Source: an uncultured Methylomonas sp. (lineage in GTDB: Bacteria; Pseudomonadota; Gammaproteobacteria; Methylococcales; Methylomonadaceae). From it: a DNA stretch of 38,563 bases. The notes below the pieces were generated by a model. The model made no database searches. It was given only the letters and a program-made list of their open reading frames with translations, and was not told where the DNA came from. The stretch lies in NCBI GenBank assembly GCA_964640895.1, contig CAZXJK010000002.1, forward strand, positions 1-38,563, written 5' to 3'. The position numbers and the translations under genes were made by a program. Positions 1 to 9,349 of this stretch are shown in pieces. Position 1 is the stretch's first letter, and every line of letters begins with the position of its first letter.

Positions 1-55
1 TGGATGAAATTCAGAAAATGTTAGACTTGTGGGTGTTTATTTCTGAAGAGTATAG

Positions 56-110
56 TGTAGCACGGCGTTTGATTTGCGAAAAATACGCGTTCATTTTGCG
101 AATTTTAATA
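56..110 (+). repeat. Phage end (tail-proximal, Mu attR-equivalent) with transposase-binding repeats
   Basis: TGTAGCACGGCGTTTGA-TTTGCGAAAAATA (core 73-79) and a second TTTGCGAATTTTAA (95-108); inverted matches at the other end. Confidence 0.85.
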
Positions 111-138
111 TATATCAAAAATAAGATAAAATACGGAA

Positions 139-468
139 ATGTGGAAAATCATTTTTTTAATTACAATTTATAGTAATACTTGCCAGTCATGCCCAATAGG
201 TATGTCTAACGAATCTTATGGTTTTGGCAATAGCGTTTGTGTTTTAAATGGAGATATTAGTCAAATTAAAGGGCGATTAAATGACTGTCCAAGTGGATTT
301 AAAAAAAGCACAGACGGATATGGAAATCCTGTTTGCAGTGACGGAAATATCCAGGCTTATAAATTATCATCAGGTTGCCCCAATGGAAGCCGTGAATTTT
401 GGAACGAATATGGATCAAAAACCTGCGTAGACCTTGATGATCATGTGCTTATAGAGCTTGTTGACTGA
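139..468 (+). CDS. Putative exported Cys-rich repeat protein (moron at the mom-like terminal position)
   Basis: Hydrophobic N-terminus; three CPxG-x7-(F/Y)G-xxxC repeats; opposite strand to the late operon. Confidence 0.7.
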   Translation: MWKIIFLITIYSNTCQSCPIGMSNESYGFGNSVCVLNGDISQIKGRLNDCPSGFKKSTDGYGNPVCSDGNIQAYKLSSGCPNGSREFWNEYGSKTCVDLDDHVLIELVD

Positions 469-1448
469 TTAGTTGCTTGTACACTGGTTTTAAAATTATT
501 CGAGATTGTATGCGTTACGGTTGTTACAAACACAATCAAACCTTCAACCTCTGGAATAAAACCAGACAGTTTACAGCCTAGTTTGCTGGTAACATTTGTA
601 TTTCCAGGCATTGAAAAACTTGCCTTTAATTTCAGACTGTTCAGATGATGCCATTTAGTTTTTGCTTTTTTTCTGGCTTCTATTTTATTTTGGAACTGCC
701 CCGGGACACGGCTAACACTCGGCTTTTCAGTTTTTACAAATGAATTTCCGTCATAAACTTCGCTAAACGTTTGGTTTAAATGGGTGTCATGCCAGGTAGC
801 AATAACTTGGTCAAAGCTTGGTTTATCTATCCAAGTAAAACTAAATTTATCTAAATCATCAGGAGTAATAGTTATAACCTTTGCAGGTTCAGATATTTCT
901 TTAAAAACAATTTTTCCACCTTTAATAGTGCCATTAGCACTATGATCATCAGCAAGCCTGTTGATCAGGTTCATATCCGATTCCTGATCCTGTCTTAAAT
1001 AGGGTACTAATTTGCTGGAAATTTGCTTCGATAAATCGGCGATTTCTAAAGCGTTTTCTTTTGCTATCGTATTTAATATTTCGCCTAAAGTTTGCTGCTC
1101 AAAGTGCCTAGACTTTTGGGTTTTCAAAGGCGCTGTAAAATCAGTGGCACCCGCCTTAACAGTTAAAAGCAGAGGCATTCCAGTAATTTTTTTAGTATCC
1201 ACTTTATAGGTACCAAAACCTGGCAGGGGAAAACCCTGATAGCCTAAAAAAACCTCCAAAACAGTACCTGACTTAGGAAATTGATTAATACCTCTGGCAT
1301 CAATTACAACAGTTAATGTATCGTTTTGATTATCAGAGCTTTCAGTTAAAGACAACGAAACAAGAAAGGGTTTTAACAAATCTGTCAGATCGGAACCTGT
1401 GGTTTTGTTAATAATACGATAATCTGGAATTTGACTAATCATGCCCAA
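441..1448 (-). CDS. Baseplate hub / late control D protein (P2 gpD family)
   Basis: LVSLSLTE...DTLTVVID, LGY, Q.QESDMNLINRLADD motifs; last gene of the U-X-D block. Confidence 0.9.
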   Translation of the reverse strand: MGMISQIPDYRIINKTTGSDLTDLLKPFLVSLSLTESSDNQNDTLTVVIDARGINQFPKSGTVLEVFLGYQGFPLPGFGTYKVDTKKITGMPLLLTVKAGATDFTAPLKTQKSRHFEQQTLGEILNTIAKENALEIADLSKQISSKLVPYLRQDQESDMNLINRLADDHSANGTIKGGKIVFKEISEPAKVITITPDDLDKFSFTWIDKPSFDQVIATWHDTHLNQTFSEVYDGNSFVKTEKPSVSRVPGQFQNKIEARKKAKTKWHHLNSLKLKASFSMPGNTNVTSKLGCKLSGFIPEVEGLIVFVTTVTHTISNNFKTSVQATNQSTSSIST

Positions 1449-1645
1449 ACATCCGCAATAATATTATTAGGCTTTTCAATAACAACATCAGGCAAATAGA
1501 TCAAAATACCGAAGGGTAACAATAACGGCTGATCCACTAAACCGAGATTGGACTCATAAATAAACTGGACTTTAACAGTATCACCATAAAATTTAAAGGC
1601 GATATCATCAACCATATCACCTTCCTGAGTACTATAAATGCTCAC
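1439..1645 (-). CDS. Tail protein X (P2 gpX, LysM-like)
   Basis: YSTQEGDMVDDIAFKFYG...N.GL...LLP.G..I.LP signature; 68 aa. Confidence 0.9.
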   Translation of the reverse strand: MSIYSTQEGDMVDDIAFKFYGDTVKVQFIYESNLGLVDQPLLLPFGILIYLPDVVIEKPNNIIADVWA

Positions 1646-2070
1646 GCCTTATCACCTGCATAGGCCATCACTAAATTATAGCTTTGCTTCAGAGGCGCAG
1701 AACCAATAAATTGATTTTGTTGTTCTTTTATTGACCTAATAACCCAAAACCCAAGAAAACGACCATCATCTAAAGCAAAGCGTAACGGTTTTTTTAAACT
1801 AGCCTGCTGGCGCAATTGACTAATTTGATCCGTTCCTGAATCAGTCACAGGCGAATCCAGAAAACCTTGATTGGTTTTATAGTTAAAAACGGCACCGTTA
1901 ATGGTAATGATTTCTTCGTCGAAGCCTAAGAACTGATAGGCGGGTCTATTATTAATGATTTTGATAGCACTCCAACGATATGACATCGAACGTTGCAAAT
2001 TATCATACGTGTTTTTATCAATAATAAAACGGTAATCACCAATTGCCGCAAAATGCGCTTTATCAGACAT
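1642..2070 (-). CDS. Tail tube initiator (P2 gpU family)
   Basis: IGDYRF...LQR...YRW...QFLG...ITING, G.FLGFWVI.SI.E motifs; follows the tape measure gene. Confidence 0.9.
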   Translation of the reverse strand: MSDKAHFAAIGDYRFIIDKNTYDNLQRSMSYRWSAIKIINNRPAYQFLGFDEEIITINGAVFNYKTNQGFLDSPVTDSGTDQISQLRQQASLKKPLRFALDDGRFLGFWVIRSIKEQQNQFIGSAPLKQSYNLVMAYAGDKA

Positions 2071-4321
2071 CAGATTCCTGCCTTAATGCGTCTTCTTGTT
2101 GAATCTCAACCACTCTACGCGCCAACTCATCAGCAGACTCTCCAGGCTGTTGATTAATATTAATATTGTACTGCTGTTGATTAACGACAGAAGCCGGGGA
2201 AGCTGCCGTATTAACTGGACTTGGCAACGCGGCAGTCGGAGCAGACAAAGCAATACCTAAAGCCGCAGAAGCTACCGTTTTTTTTCCCTTGCCCACACTC
2301 TCAGAATCAGAATCATCAGAAAACCCAAAAAACTGCTTAACCATTTTAATTTTATCACCGACAAAATTAATCGCTTTTTCAGCGCCTAATTGAATACCTT
2401 TCCATAGATTTTGAAAAAACAACTTAATCGGCTCCCAATTTTTATAAACCGTAAATGCAATAGCAGCCAACCCAACCACGGCGGCAATAACCAAACCAAT
2501 AGGGTTAGCCATTAACGCAGCATTCCAAAGCCATTGAGCCGCAGTAAAAACCCCGATTTTAGCCGCACCAGCCAACGCAATGCCCCCAAAAAAAACAGCC
2601 TTTCCAGCCGTAGCCGCTAAACTTACACCACCCGAAATTAACGCCGTATTCCACAACCACTGAGCGGCAGTAACAACAGCAGTAGAAACAGCTAATGCTT
2701 TTTGCTTAATTGCAGTCCCTATTAATAACGCTTTTTGAGTGACTAAGGAAATATTAGCCCGAAGGGTAGAAAGCCGAAAGAAATCCATAATTTCTTTAGC
2801 AATAAGAACCCCATCAAAAAGCACAGTAAAAGCGAATTTAGTCCCCAAGGTTACAATCTTCAAAGCAACAAAACCCACGGCTAAACCAACAACCACTTGC
2901 GTTAATAAAGGAAATGACTGACCCAAAACCGACAATTTACCGAATAAAACCGCCGCCCCCGTTGCAACAGAAGCAATAGCAGGTAACAAAAGACTACCCA
3001 ATGTTATTTGCAACGACTCTAAAGCCGAACCCATGCGCTTTATAGAACCCTGGGTAGTATTGCCCATCTGCTCCGCCATTTTCTGCGTCACACCGTGGCT
3101 TTCCCTCAATTTTGCAATATATTTTTGTAAAGCCCCATTGGTCGCCTGTTTTGTCAACTCGACCATAGCAGACGCGGCCTCAACACCAAATATCTTAGTA
3201 ATCGTAGCCAGTTTTTCAGCATTACCCAGACCTTTTGTCGCGTTACCTATATCCGTTAAAATAGCAGGCATATTGCGCATATTTCCATTAGCATCAGTAA
3301 CAGCAACACCTAAATCTGATAACTGTTTTTGGGTAGCAGGCGTAACCAGACGCAAATAAGAAGCACGTAAAGCAGTACCCGCAAGACTGCCCTGTATACC
3401 CACATTGGCTAACAAAGCAACTTGTCCAGCAACTTCCTCAATATTTGCACCGGCGGCAGAAGCAGCCGGGGCCACAAACTTCATCGCATCACCCAGTTGT
3501 TCTAAAGTAGTATTAGAACTGGTAAATGTACTTGAAAGTACGTCCCCAAGCCGCCCCATCTCACGAGCCTCTAAATTAAAACCCGACAAAATATTAGAGG
3601 CAATATTAGCCGTTTGGCCTAAATCTGATCCTGCCGCCTGAGCAAGGTTTAAAACGCCAGGGGTTGCAGCCAAAATTTGATTAGTACTAAACCCAGCCAT
3701 CCCTAAAAACAGCATACCCTCAGAAGCTTGTGAAGCACTAAACTGAGTGGTTTCGCCTAAACTTCTGGCTTTCAGTGTCAACAACTCAATTTCTTTTGTA
3801 GAACCCTGAGTAATAGCACCGAGCCTAGCCATAGACTGTTCAAAATCAATAGCCACTTTTAAGGGAGAAGCCGCCGCAAAAGCCAAACCAACAACACCAG
3901 GAATACTAGATTTTAATTCAGATCGTCTAGACTGATTAAGCTGTCGTGACTGCAAACGCGCAAGTTTACGCTCAGATCGTAAAGCCGACTGACCGAGCAA
4001 ATCATGCTGACGCACAACCTTACCCACATCAATACCGTATTTTAAAGCGGCAGAAGATGCAGAACGATAACGCTTCTCAGTGGCTGCTATTTGTGGCCAC
4101 AATTTAGTATTAGATAAACCAAACTGCTGTTGAGCCGCTTTTAATCGTTCCAGTTTCTGTTTATACTGGATCACATCAGCCGCGAGAGCCTTACCGATCT
4201 TAGCCTTATTAACGGCCTTTTCAGCGTCACCTATTTTAGTATTCAGGGTTTTAAAGGCACTACCCACCGAACCGGAAATAGACGCACCAATAACAATACC
4301 TAAAGCCAGAGACTTAGACAT
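2063..4321 (-). CDS. Tail tape measure protein
   Basis: 752 aa Ala/Gly-rich; TP901-type core (FEQSMA...LGETTQFSASQA...GVLNLA); AAQWLWNAALMANPIG motif. Confidence 0.95.
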   Translation of the reverse strand: MSKSLALGIVIGASISGSVGSAFKTLNTKIGDAEKAVNKAKIGKALAADVIQYKQKLERLKAAQQQFGLSNTKLWPQIAATEKRYRSASSAALKYGIDVGKVVRQHDLLGQSALRSERKLARLQSRQLNQSRRSELKSSIPGVVGLAFAAASPLKVAIDFEQSMARLGAITQGSTKEIELLTLKARSLGETTQFSASQASEGMLFLGMAGFSTNQILAATPGVLNLAQAAGSDLGQTANIASNILSGFNLEAREMGRLGDVLSSTFTSSNTTLEQLGDAMKFVAPAASAAGANIEEVAGQVALLANVGIQGSLAGTALRASYLRLVTPATQKQLSDLGVAVTDANGNMRNMPAILTDIGNATKGLGNAEKLATITKIFGVEAASAMVELTKQATNGALQKYIAKLRESHGVTQKMAEQMGNTTQGSIKRMGSALESLQITLGSLLLPAIASVATGAAVLFGKLSVLGQSFPLLTQVVVGLAVGFVALKIVTLGTKFAFTVLFDGVLIAKEIMDFFRLSTLRANISLVTQKALLIGTAIKQKALAVSTAVVTAAQWLWNTALISGGVSLAATAGKAVFFGGIALAGAAKIGVFTAAQWLWNAALMANPIGLVIAAVVGLAAIAFTVYKNWEPIKLFFQNLWKGIQLGAEKAINFVGDKIKMVKQFFGFSDDSDSESVGKGKKTVASAALGIALSAPTAALPSPVNTAASPASVVNQQQYNININQQPGESADELARRVVEIQQEDALRQESDV

Positions 4322-4322
4322 A

Positions 4323-4565
4323 ATGCATAATGATGATTGGACAGTTATTTATCTGAGTAGTATTCATTTGCTCTTATTTATCTACCTAACCGTTATCATT
4401 AAACAAGGGTTATGGGTTTCTTTGGCACTAACAGTTTGCCTAGGCTCGATTTCAGCATTAATATTGGCACCAGCAATATTTTTACTGATAGCCGTATTAT
4501 TAATAACCATTAATCTAGCTAGAATTTTATATAGCCTAATTAAACGCCAAGGCTTAAGCGTATAG
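4323..4565 (+). CDS. Small membrane protein (moron, possible superinfection exclusion)
   Basis: 80 aa, almost entirely hydrophobic (2-3 TM segments); antisense insertion just upstream of the tape measure gene. Confidence 0.55.
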   Translation: MHNDDWTVIYLSSIHLLLFIYLTVIIKQGLWVSLALTVCLGSISALILAPAIFLLIAVLLITINLARILYSLIKRQGLSV

Positions 4566-4980
4566 CCTGCCTAACCAATGCTTTTGCCGCCTCCAATCTA
4601 CCCGTATTTAATGCCCCAATAATCTCATTACCAATACGTTTAGCAGGTTTAATGCTATCGGGTTCAGCCTGAAGCACATTCAACCCCTTAATAGTCAGGG
4701 TAACATCTGAAAAATAAGTATAAGGGCTTTCTCTGCCAATACTGACAAAGCCATTTTCTTTTAAAAAGATCAGCGTATGCCAGGCCAGCTTTGCGTTTTG
4801 CTCACTAAAAATATCTCTTTCGCCCTTAATATTTAAAACAAACCCGGGTTGATACTTATCAGGCACACCTAACTCAAAGAACTCCAGGATATCTATAGTT
4901 TGCTTAACCGGAAAAGACTGATACAGTCTAGAAAAGACCCGCGCAGTATACTCATCAAAAAGCTCAATATTTTGGCACAT
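4540..4980 (-). CDS. Hypothetical protein, probable winged-helix fold
   Basis: NIELFDEYTARVFSRLYQSFP...TLIFLKENGFV...LTIKGL pattern typical of wHTH accessory proteins. Confidence 0.7.
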   Translation of the reverse strand: MCQNIELFDEYTARVFSRLYQSFPVKQTIDILEFFELGVPDKYQPGFVLNIKGERDIFSEQNAKLAWHTLIFLKENGFVSIGRESPYTYFSDVTLTIKGLNVLQAEPDSIKPAKRIGNEIIGALNTGRLEAAKALVRQAIRLSLGV

Positions 4981-5024
4981 ACATTTACCACTTTAAAAAA
5001 CCTAAAAACCACCATTAAAGCCCT

Positions 5025-5153
5025 TTAACGAGGGATTAACTCATACCACTGAATCAAATCATCAGCGCACAAATCCAGCAACTCATTTAAGCCCCAGCCC
5101 GTATAATGTGCAACCGCCATACAAGCACGACGCGCATCCAAAGGCTTTAACCT
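5025..5153 (-). CDS. -1 frameshift extension of the tail assembly chaperone (P2 gpE' type)
   Basis: Slippery T-TTT-TTA at 5153-5159; -1 frame reads RLKPLDARRACMAVAHYTGWGLNELLDLCADDLIQWYELIPR*, matching the GpE' pattern. Confidence 0.8.
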   Translation of the reverse strand, partial: RLKPLDARRACMAVAHYTGWGLNELLDLCADDLIQWYELIPR

Positions 5154-5389
5154 AAAAAATCCGTATACGCACCCTGCAATAACTTATAATCCGCTAAATC
5201 CATAGACTCAATCAAATCAACCGTAATATCACACAAATTAGCAAACATCCTAATCTCATTTTCAGCATCCGATTTAGATGCATCAGACCCAGCCAGCATA
5301 TCGCGCACCTTAGGCCGTCGCATGGTTAAATTAACTAATTCAACACCGCCATCATTTAATGGATACTTTAATTGGATATCAACACTCAT
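5147..5389 (-). CDS. Tail assembly chaperone (P2 gpE / FluMu gp41-like)
   Basis: LTMRRPKVRD...ANLC...MDLADY motif; between tube and tape measure genes. Confidence 0.9.
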   Translation of the reverse strand: MSVDIQLKYPLNDGGVELVNLTMRRPKVRDMLAGSDASKSDAENEIRMFANLCDITVDLIESMDLADYKLLQGAYTDFLG

Positions 5390-5535
5390 TTTTCAACCTT
5401 CTTGGTTGGCTTCACCTTAACAAACGGCATAATAAAACAACCTGCGAGTAAATTATCGGCCTGTCGCTGGTTAAGCGAGATAACCTCATCCTGACGACCT
5501 AAAAAACAATCCTTCAAAATCTTATAATCACTCAT
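5386..5535 (-). CDS. Small hypothetical protein (49 aa, not in ORF track)
   Basis: MSDYKILKDCFLGRQDEVISLNQRQADNLLAGCFIMPFVKVKPTKKVEK*; fills the tube-chaperone gap with ATGA coupling. Confidence 0.7.
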   Translation of the reverse strand: MSDYKILKDCFLGRQDEVISLNQRQADNLLAGCFIMPFVKVKPTKKVEK

Positions 5536-5536
5536 T

Positions 5537-6043
5537 TTACAGCCCTATCTGTGCTTTAACATTCGCCAAAATATCCGTAGTGCCGAATTTCAGCTCACCG
5601 GTAGCAATATCGAACGCCTCAACCGGCACCCCATCAATCGACTTAACAAACTTCTCAACCGCCACCTTATAGTTTTTCTCAACCATCACACCGGCTTTAA
5701 TCGTCTGCGCATCCTGCCCCGTCACCCGACCATAAATAATCCAATTATGGGAAACGGACGAACCACGTTCATCCACTGATGCTCTAATAGTCATCACCAC
5801 ATCACGTCCAAGAATCGCACGAACAGCCGTAATGGAAACATCTTCCCGACTAAGCTTAAATTCAGACTCAACCGCTTCATAGCCCAAAAACATCTTAGTG
5901 GGCGCAGATCGCCCCCCTCGATAATCCTCAGTCTGCTCAACAATCACAGGTTCCTTAAAATCAATTAACGAACCCACAAAACCAAAACCGTTAACGGTCA
6001 AAGACAGCCCTGTATAGGCTTGTTCTCTATCACTCATAACCAA
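5537..6043 (-). CDS. Contractile tail tube protein (P2 FII-like)
   Basis: 168 aa, directly after sheath; P...EQTEDYRGG, IDG motifs. Confidence 0.85.
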   Translation of the reverse strand: MVMSDREQAYTGLSLTVNGFGFVGSLIDFKEPVIVEQTEDYRGGRSAPTKMFLGYEAVESEFKLSREDVSITAVRAILGRDVVMTIRASVDERGSSVSHNWIIYGRVTGQDAQTIKAGVMVEKNYKVAVEKFVKSIDGVPVEAFDIATGELKFGTTDILANVKAQIGL

Positions 6044-6049
6044 TACCCC

Positions 6050-7567
6050 TTATTTTTTAGGCACAATACCTTCGTAATATGTGCTGACATTAACCGCCGT
6101 TAACTGAATCTGCTCAGCCGGAGCCGGAGCCGTAAAATCGTATTTAAAATAAACTCGACCTTGCTGAAACTGATCCGGCGTATTCAAATCAGGATCAACC
6201 CAACACTCACCCCCAATTAACGCACCCAACTTCACCAAAAACCGAATATAATTATTAACACTAGTCGCCACATCTTCCAGAAACTTGGCATTAATAGGCC
6301 GATCAATCGCCCACATCAACCCATCCTGAATAGAATCAGCAATTAAATCAGCTGTACGGGTAACCGGCTCAAACGCCCATACTGGATCTGTGGTGTTTGT
6401 GGTTCTGCTTCCCCACATGCGCCAACCATCCTCACGAATAATAGTCGTCACATGATTCTGGTTTAATAAATTAGCCCGTGAAGTCGCATCGCCCATTTTA
6501 AAGTCAACAGTTCGAGTCGTGCCGATAATCCCGTTAATATTCTGATTAGACATAGACCACCAGAAACCATTTTCAGTATCAATTTTAGCCCGTAAACCAG
6601 CAGCAATAGCAGAACCCGGGCGCGTTACATTAGATGCTGAAAGCACATCAAAAGAAGTGACCCACGGATCAATCACCATCGCCCGTTTACTACCAAAAGA
6701 GCCAACATAGTTTTGAGCTGCCGCATCATTAGTATTAGGGCCATCCAAATAAGCAAAAGCCCTTAATTTATCGGCAAGCGCAATCATCTCAGTAGCAATA
6801 GCCGCCTGATTAGAAAAGCCCGGTGCAATCAAAATACGAGGCTGAAAACCAATAGCAGACTGAGCACCTAGCCAGGCTTGCATCCCCGTATAATCGCCTG
6901 TAACGACATCAACGCCACCGATAATATTCGCCGTCAAAACAGACGGTGTAACACTATCAGCCACACGAATCACAACCACCACCGCGCCGCCCTGATCCAA
7001 AATTGAATCTAAAGCCTGTGGCAATGTACCCGTACTACCTAATAAAGCCGCTTCCTGTAGAGAACCTGCAATTAAAACCGGGGTATTCAAAGGAAAAGCA
7101 TCATCCAAGCCAGCTAATAAATTAAGCGGAATAACAGAAGCCGTTACCGCCACAGCCCCAGTAGAAGCGCCATTATTAGCAACCGACACCAATAAACTTG
7201 CCGTCGAATTGCCAGAAATAGCGGTAATAACAGCCGCTGCTGTAGAGGTAATTAAGCCCCCCGCATCCGTAGCCAGCAAAACCGTAATAGCATTACCAAT
7301 CACCGCCACAGACAACGATTGACTATTAGCTACTGGATCCTTCAACAGAATAGTAATCTGATTACCCAGCAGACTAGCATTAACCGCCGTCCATGTTAAT
7401 GCATTATTGCTCGCAACCACACCCGTCTGCAAAACAGCTGCAACCGCCGTTTGTGAATTGGGTGCCGTGCCGACAATACCAATAATGGCACTAGCAGCCG
7501 TTCGTATCGGACGCGCACCGTCCTTTGACTCAACAACCGAAACACCATGAATATACTGAGTAGTCAT
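6050..7567 (-). CDS. Tail sheath protein (P2 FI-like) with inserted domain
   Basis: HGVSVVE...IIGIVGTAP, PRILIAPGFS, GFWWSMSN, GWRMWGSRT motifs. Confidence 0.95.
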   Translation of the reverse strand: MTTQYIHGVSVVESKDGARPIRTAASAIIGIVGTAPNSQTAVAAVLQTGVVASNNALTWTAVNASLLGNQITILLKDPVANSQSLSVAVIGNAITVLLATDAGGLITSTAAAVITAISGNSTASLLVSVANNGASTGAVAVTASVIPLNLLAGLDDAFPLNTPVLIAGSLQEAALLGSTGTLPQALDSILDQGGAVVVVIRVADSVTPSVLTANIIGGVDVVTGDYTGMQAWLGAQSAIGFQPRILIAPGFSNQAAIATEMIALADKLRAFAYLDGPNTNDAAAQNYVGSFGSKRAMVIDPWVTSFDVLSASNVTRPGSAIAAGLRAKIDTENGFWWSMSNQNINGIIGTTRTVDFKMGDATSRANLLNQNHVTTIIREDGWRMWGSRTTNTTDPVWAFEPVTRTADLIADSIQDGLMWAIDRPINAKFLEDVATSVNNYIRFLVKLGALIGGECWVDPDLNTPDQFQQGRVYFKYDFTAPAPAEQIQLTAVNVSTYYEGIVPKK

Positions 7568-7578
7568 AAAAAAACCTC

Positions 7579-8211
7579 TTAAATATTTAAACTAGTAACA
7601 ATAGTGACCGCTGTAGCAATCAGCCCCGGTAACATTGCATTTAATGCCGCTTCATCAACAGCCGCATTAATATCATTTAATGCTTTATCCTGAAAACCGT
7701 CAATGTGGCTTCTAATAGTACGCAGAGCATTAGCTTTAACAACAATAGTTGCCGATAACTCTACTGCCGTTTCATTTAGCCCTCGCAAATCTGCCTCAGC
7801 CTGAATAATTGCAATTTCAGCCGCTGATGCCGTTGTTGCAATAATTTTTTCAGCAAGAAAGGATTTGTCAACCCAGCCCGAAACCTCAATAGCCCCAGCA
7901 CCTTTTGTTGCCTTGTGGCGTATTTTTTCAGCTGAACTATTAATCGCACCGACAGCCCAGGTTTTTAATTCTGCAAAATCACCTACCGGTTTTCCTTTTA
8001 AAAGATGAAACTCGCGCAATTCAATCTCAACATTTGCCGCATCTATATCAGACTGTGTTTTACCCGTTATCGCCGATAAAATCTGTGCATCAGTAGCACC
8101 ATCAATAGTCACTGAGCTGGAAAACGGGTCATGTAGGGGCATCGCGTAGTTATTATTCATTGCCCAAATAATTAAAACGGGCAACAGGTTGCTGTTTTGT
8201 AAAATCGCCAT
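7579..8211 (-). CDS. Tail fibre assembly/chaperone-like protein
   Basis: Follows the fibre gene; helical EA.LRG..ELSATIV.KA pattern typical of fibre-associated chaperones. Confidence 0.55.
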   Translation of the reverse strand: MAILQNSNLLPVLIIWAMNNNYAMPLHDPFSSSVTIDGATDAQILSAITGKTQSDIDAANVEIELREFHLLKGKPVGDFAELKTWAVGAINSSAEKIRHKATKGAGAIEVSGWVDKSFLAEKIIATTASAAEIAIIQAEADLRGLNETAVELSATIVVKANALRTIRSHIDGFQDKALNDINAAVDEAALNAMLPGLIATAVTIVTSLNI

Positions 8212-8789
8212 TATTTTTTCCTGAATTCTAATTGCATTAAATTACGATTGGGTGTTAATGAATCATTAATTCCTGTTTCATAAACGTACATACCCAAACT
8301 GTGTCCGGCAGAGACGGGTATCCACGGTGTAATAAATGACCCCTGTCCGAACTGTGCCACGCCGAAACGAAGCATACCGTTAACGGTTGAATAATTACTG
8401 CCTGTCGATCCGTTTAGTATCAAACCAGCGCCGATTATTCCGCCAGCACTAGCCTGAGCTGAGAAAAGAAAGACCCCAGACAGTCGTGCAAAATTATAAC
8501 CATTGGGAACCGCAATTAAACTGCCTGATGCGGGTAAACTGTCGGTATCGTCGCGTTCAACCGTATCCCACGCAAATGTTTCAAACGTGTTCGCCGAAGT
8601 AGTTTGTGAGACCGAGTTCCTCACTAGTATCACATCATTCAGGGCTAATTCATTCAAAAAAAAGGTTCTATTCGCAAGTTGCTGATTAGGCAGATTATCC
8701 AGCCCCCCCGCTCCACCTTGAATTAAATCATCAGCCTCAAATTGATAAATACCCTGCTCAAACACCGCGTTTTCATCCAAATCAGTCAT
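8211..8789 (-). CDS. Short tail fibre / receptor-binding protein
   Basis: N-terminal GIYQFE..D.IQGG.GG.DN....QLANRT.FL baseplate-anchor motif; C-terminal beta-rich (C1q/TNF-like) region. Confidence 0.75.
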   Translation of the reverse strand: MTDLDENAVFEQGIYQFEADDLIQGGAGGLDNLPNQQLANRTFFLNELALNDVILVRNSVSQTTSANTFETFAWDTVERDDTDSLPASGSLIAVPNGYNFARLSGVFLFSAQASAGGIIGAGLILNGSTGSNYSTVNGMLRFGVAQFGQGSFITPWIPVSAGHSLGMYVYETGINDSLTPNRNLMQLEFRKK

Positions 8790-9349
8790 AAAATAACACT
8801 CCCTCGAGTAACAGAACCGTCGCGAAAATAAACACCATCATGTTTAACTCCATTAGAAAAATTAAATTTAATTAAATGTGAACGAGCTGGGGCAGACAAA
8901 ACAATAATTTTCTTAGCCGCCTGAGCCTGGCCCACGCTTAAAACACTAGCAATAGTTATTTCATAAGATGCCCAATCCCGTAAAAAAAAGTTACGAACCT
9001 GCGAACCATCGCGCCTAAAACGCCCGTCACGATAAAATTTAACCACCACATGTTCGTTAATGATTGGCGTACCCAACCCAGCTTTTTCAGTCGCACGAAC
9101 CACCGCCGCAATAGTGCCCTTATGCTGATGCACAAACAAAGCACTGCGTAGCGTCTCACGCCGATCAAACTCAGCCCAATTATCGTCCCAAAAATCAACA
9201 TTCAGGCTAAACGCCAAATATTTTAAAAATGGCTCAGGGCAAGTATCAGGGTTCCAGACTTTAACAATCTCGTTAGCTAATAAAGGGCTAACAGACGACT
9301 CCAAAGCCGATTCAAAAGCCGTGCTATTGCTAGGCAAAATGCTAGACAC
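8786..9349 (-). CDS. Baseplate wedge / tail protein I (P2 gpI family)
   Basis: ILPSNST.FE, WNPDTCPEPFL.YLA...VDFWD, H.HKGT signature; GTG at 9349 favoured over TTG at 9367. Confidence 0.9.
   Translation of the reverse strand: MSSILPSNSTAFESALESSVSPLLANEIVKVWNPDTCPEPFLKYLAFSLNVDFWDDNWAEFDRRETLRSALFVHQHKGTIAAVVRATEKAGLGTPIINEHVVVKFYRDGRFRRDGSQVRNFFLRDWASYEITIASVLSVGQAQAAKKIIVLSAPARSHLIKFNFSNGVKHDGVYFRDGSVTRGSVIL

Noticed and set aside
51-55. 5-bp target-site duplication
   Set aside because: Left TATAG does not match right CCATA (38509-38513)
2500-2680. Duplicated TAAQWLWN motif in the tape measure protein
   Set aside because: Short Trp-containing repeats are ordinary for tape measure proteins
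7579-9349. Invertible tail-fibre segment or diversity-generating retroelement
   Set aside because: No invertase or reverse transcriptase gene, no inverted fibre copy, and no long template/variable repeat pair seen
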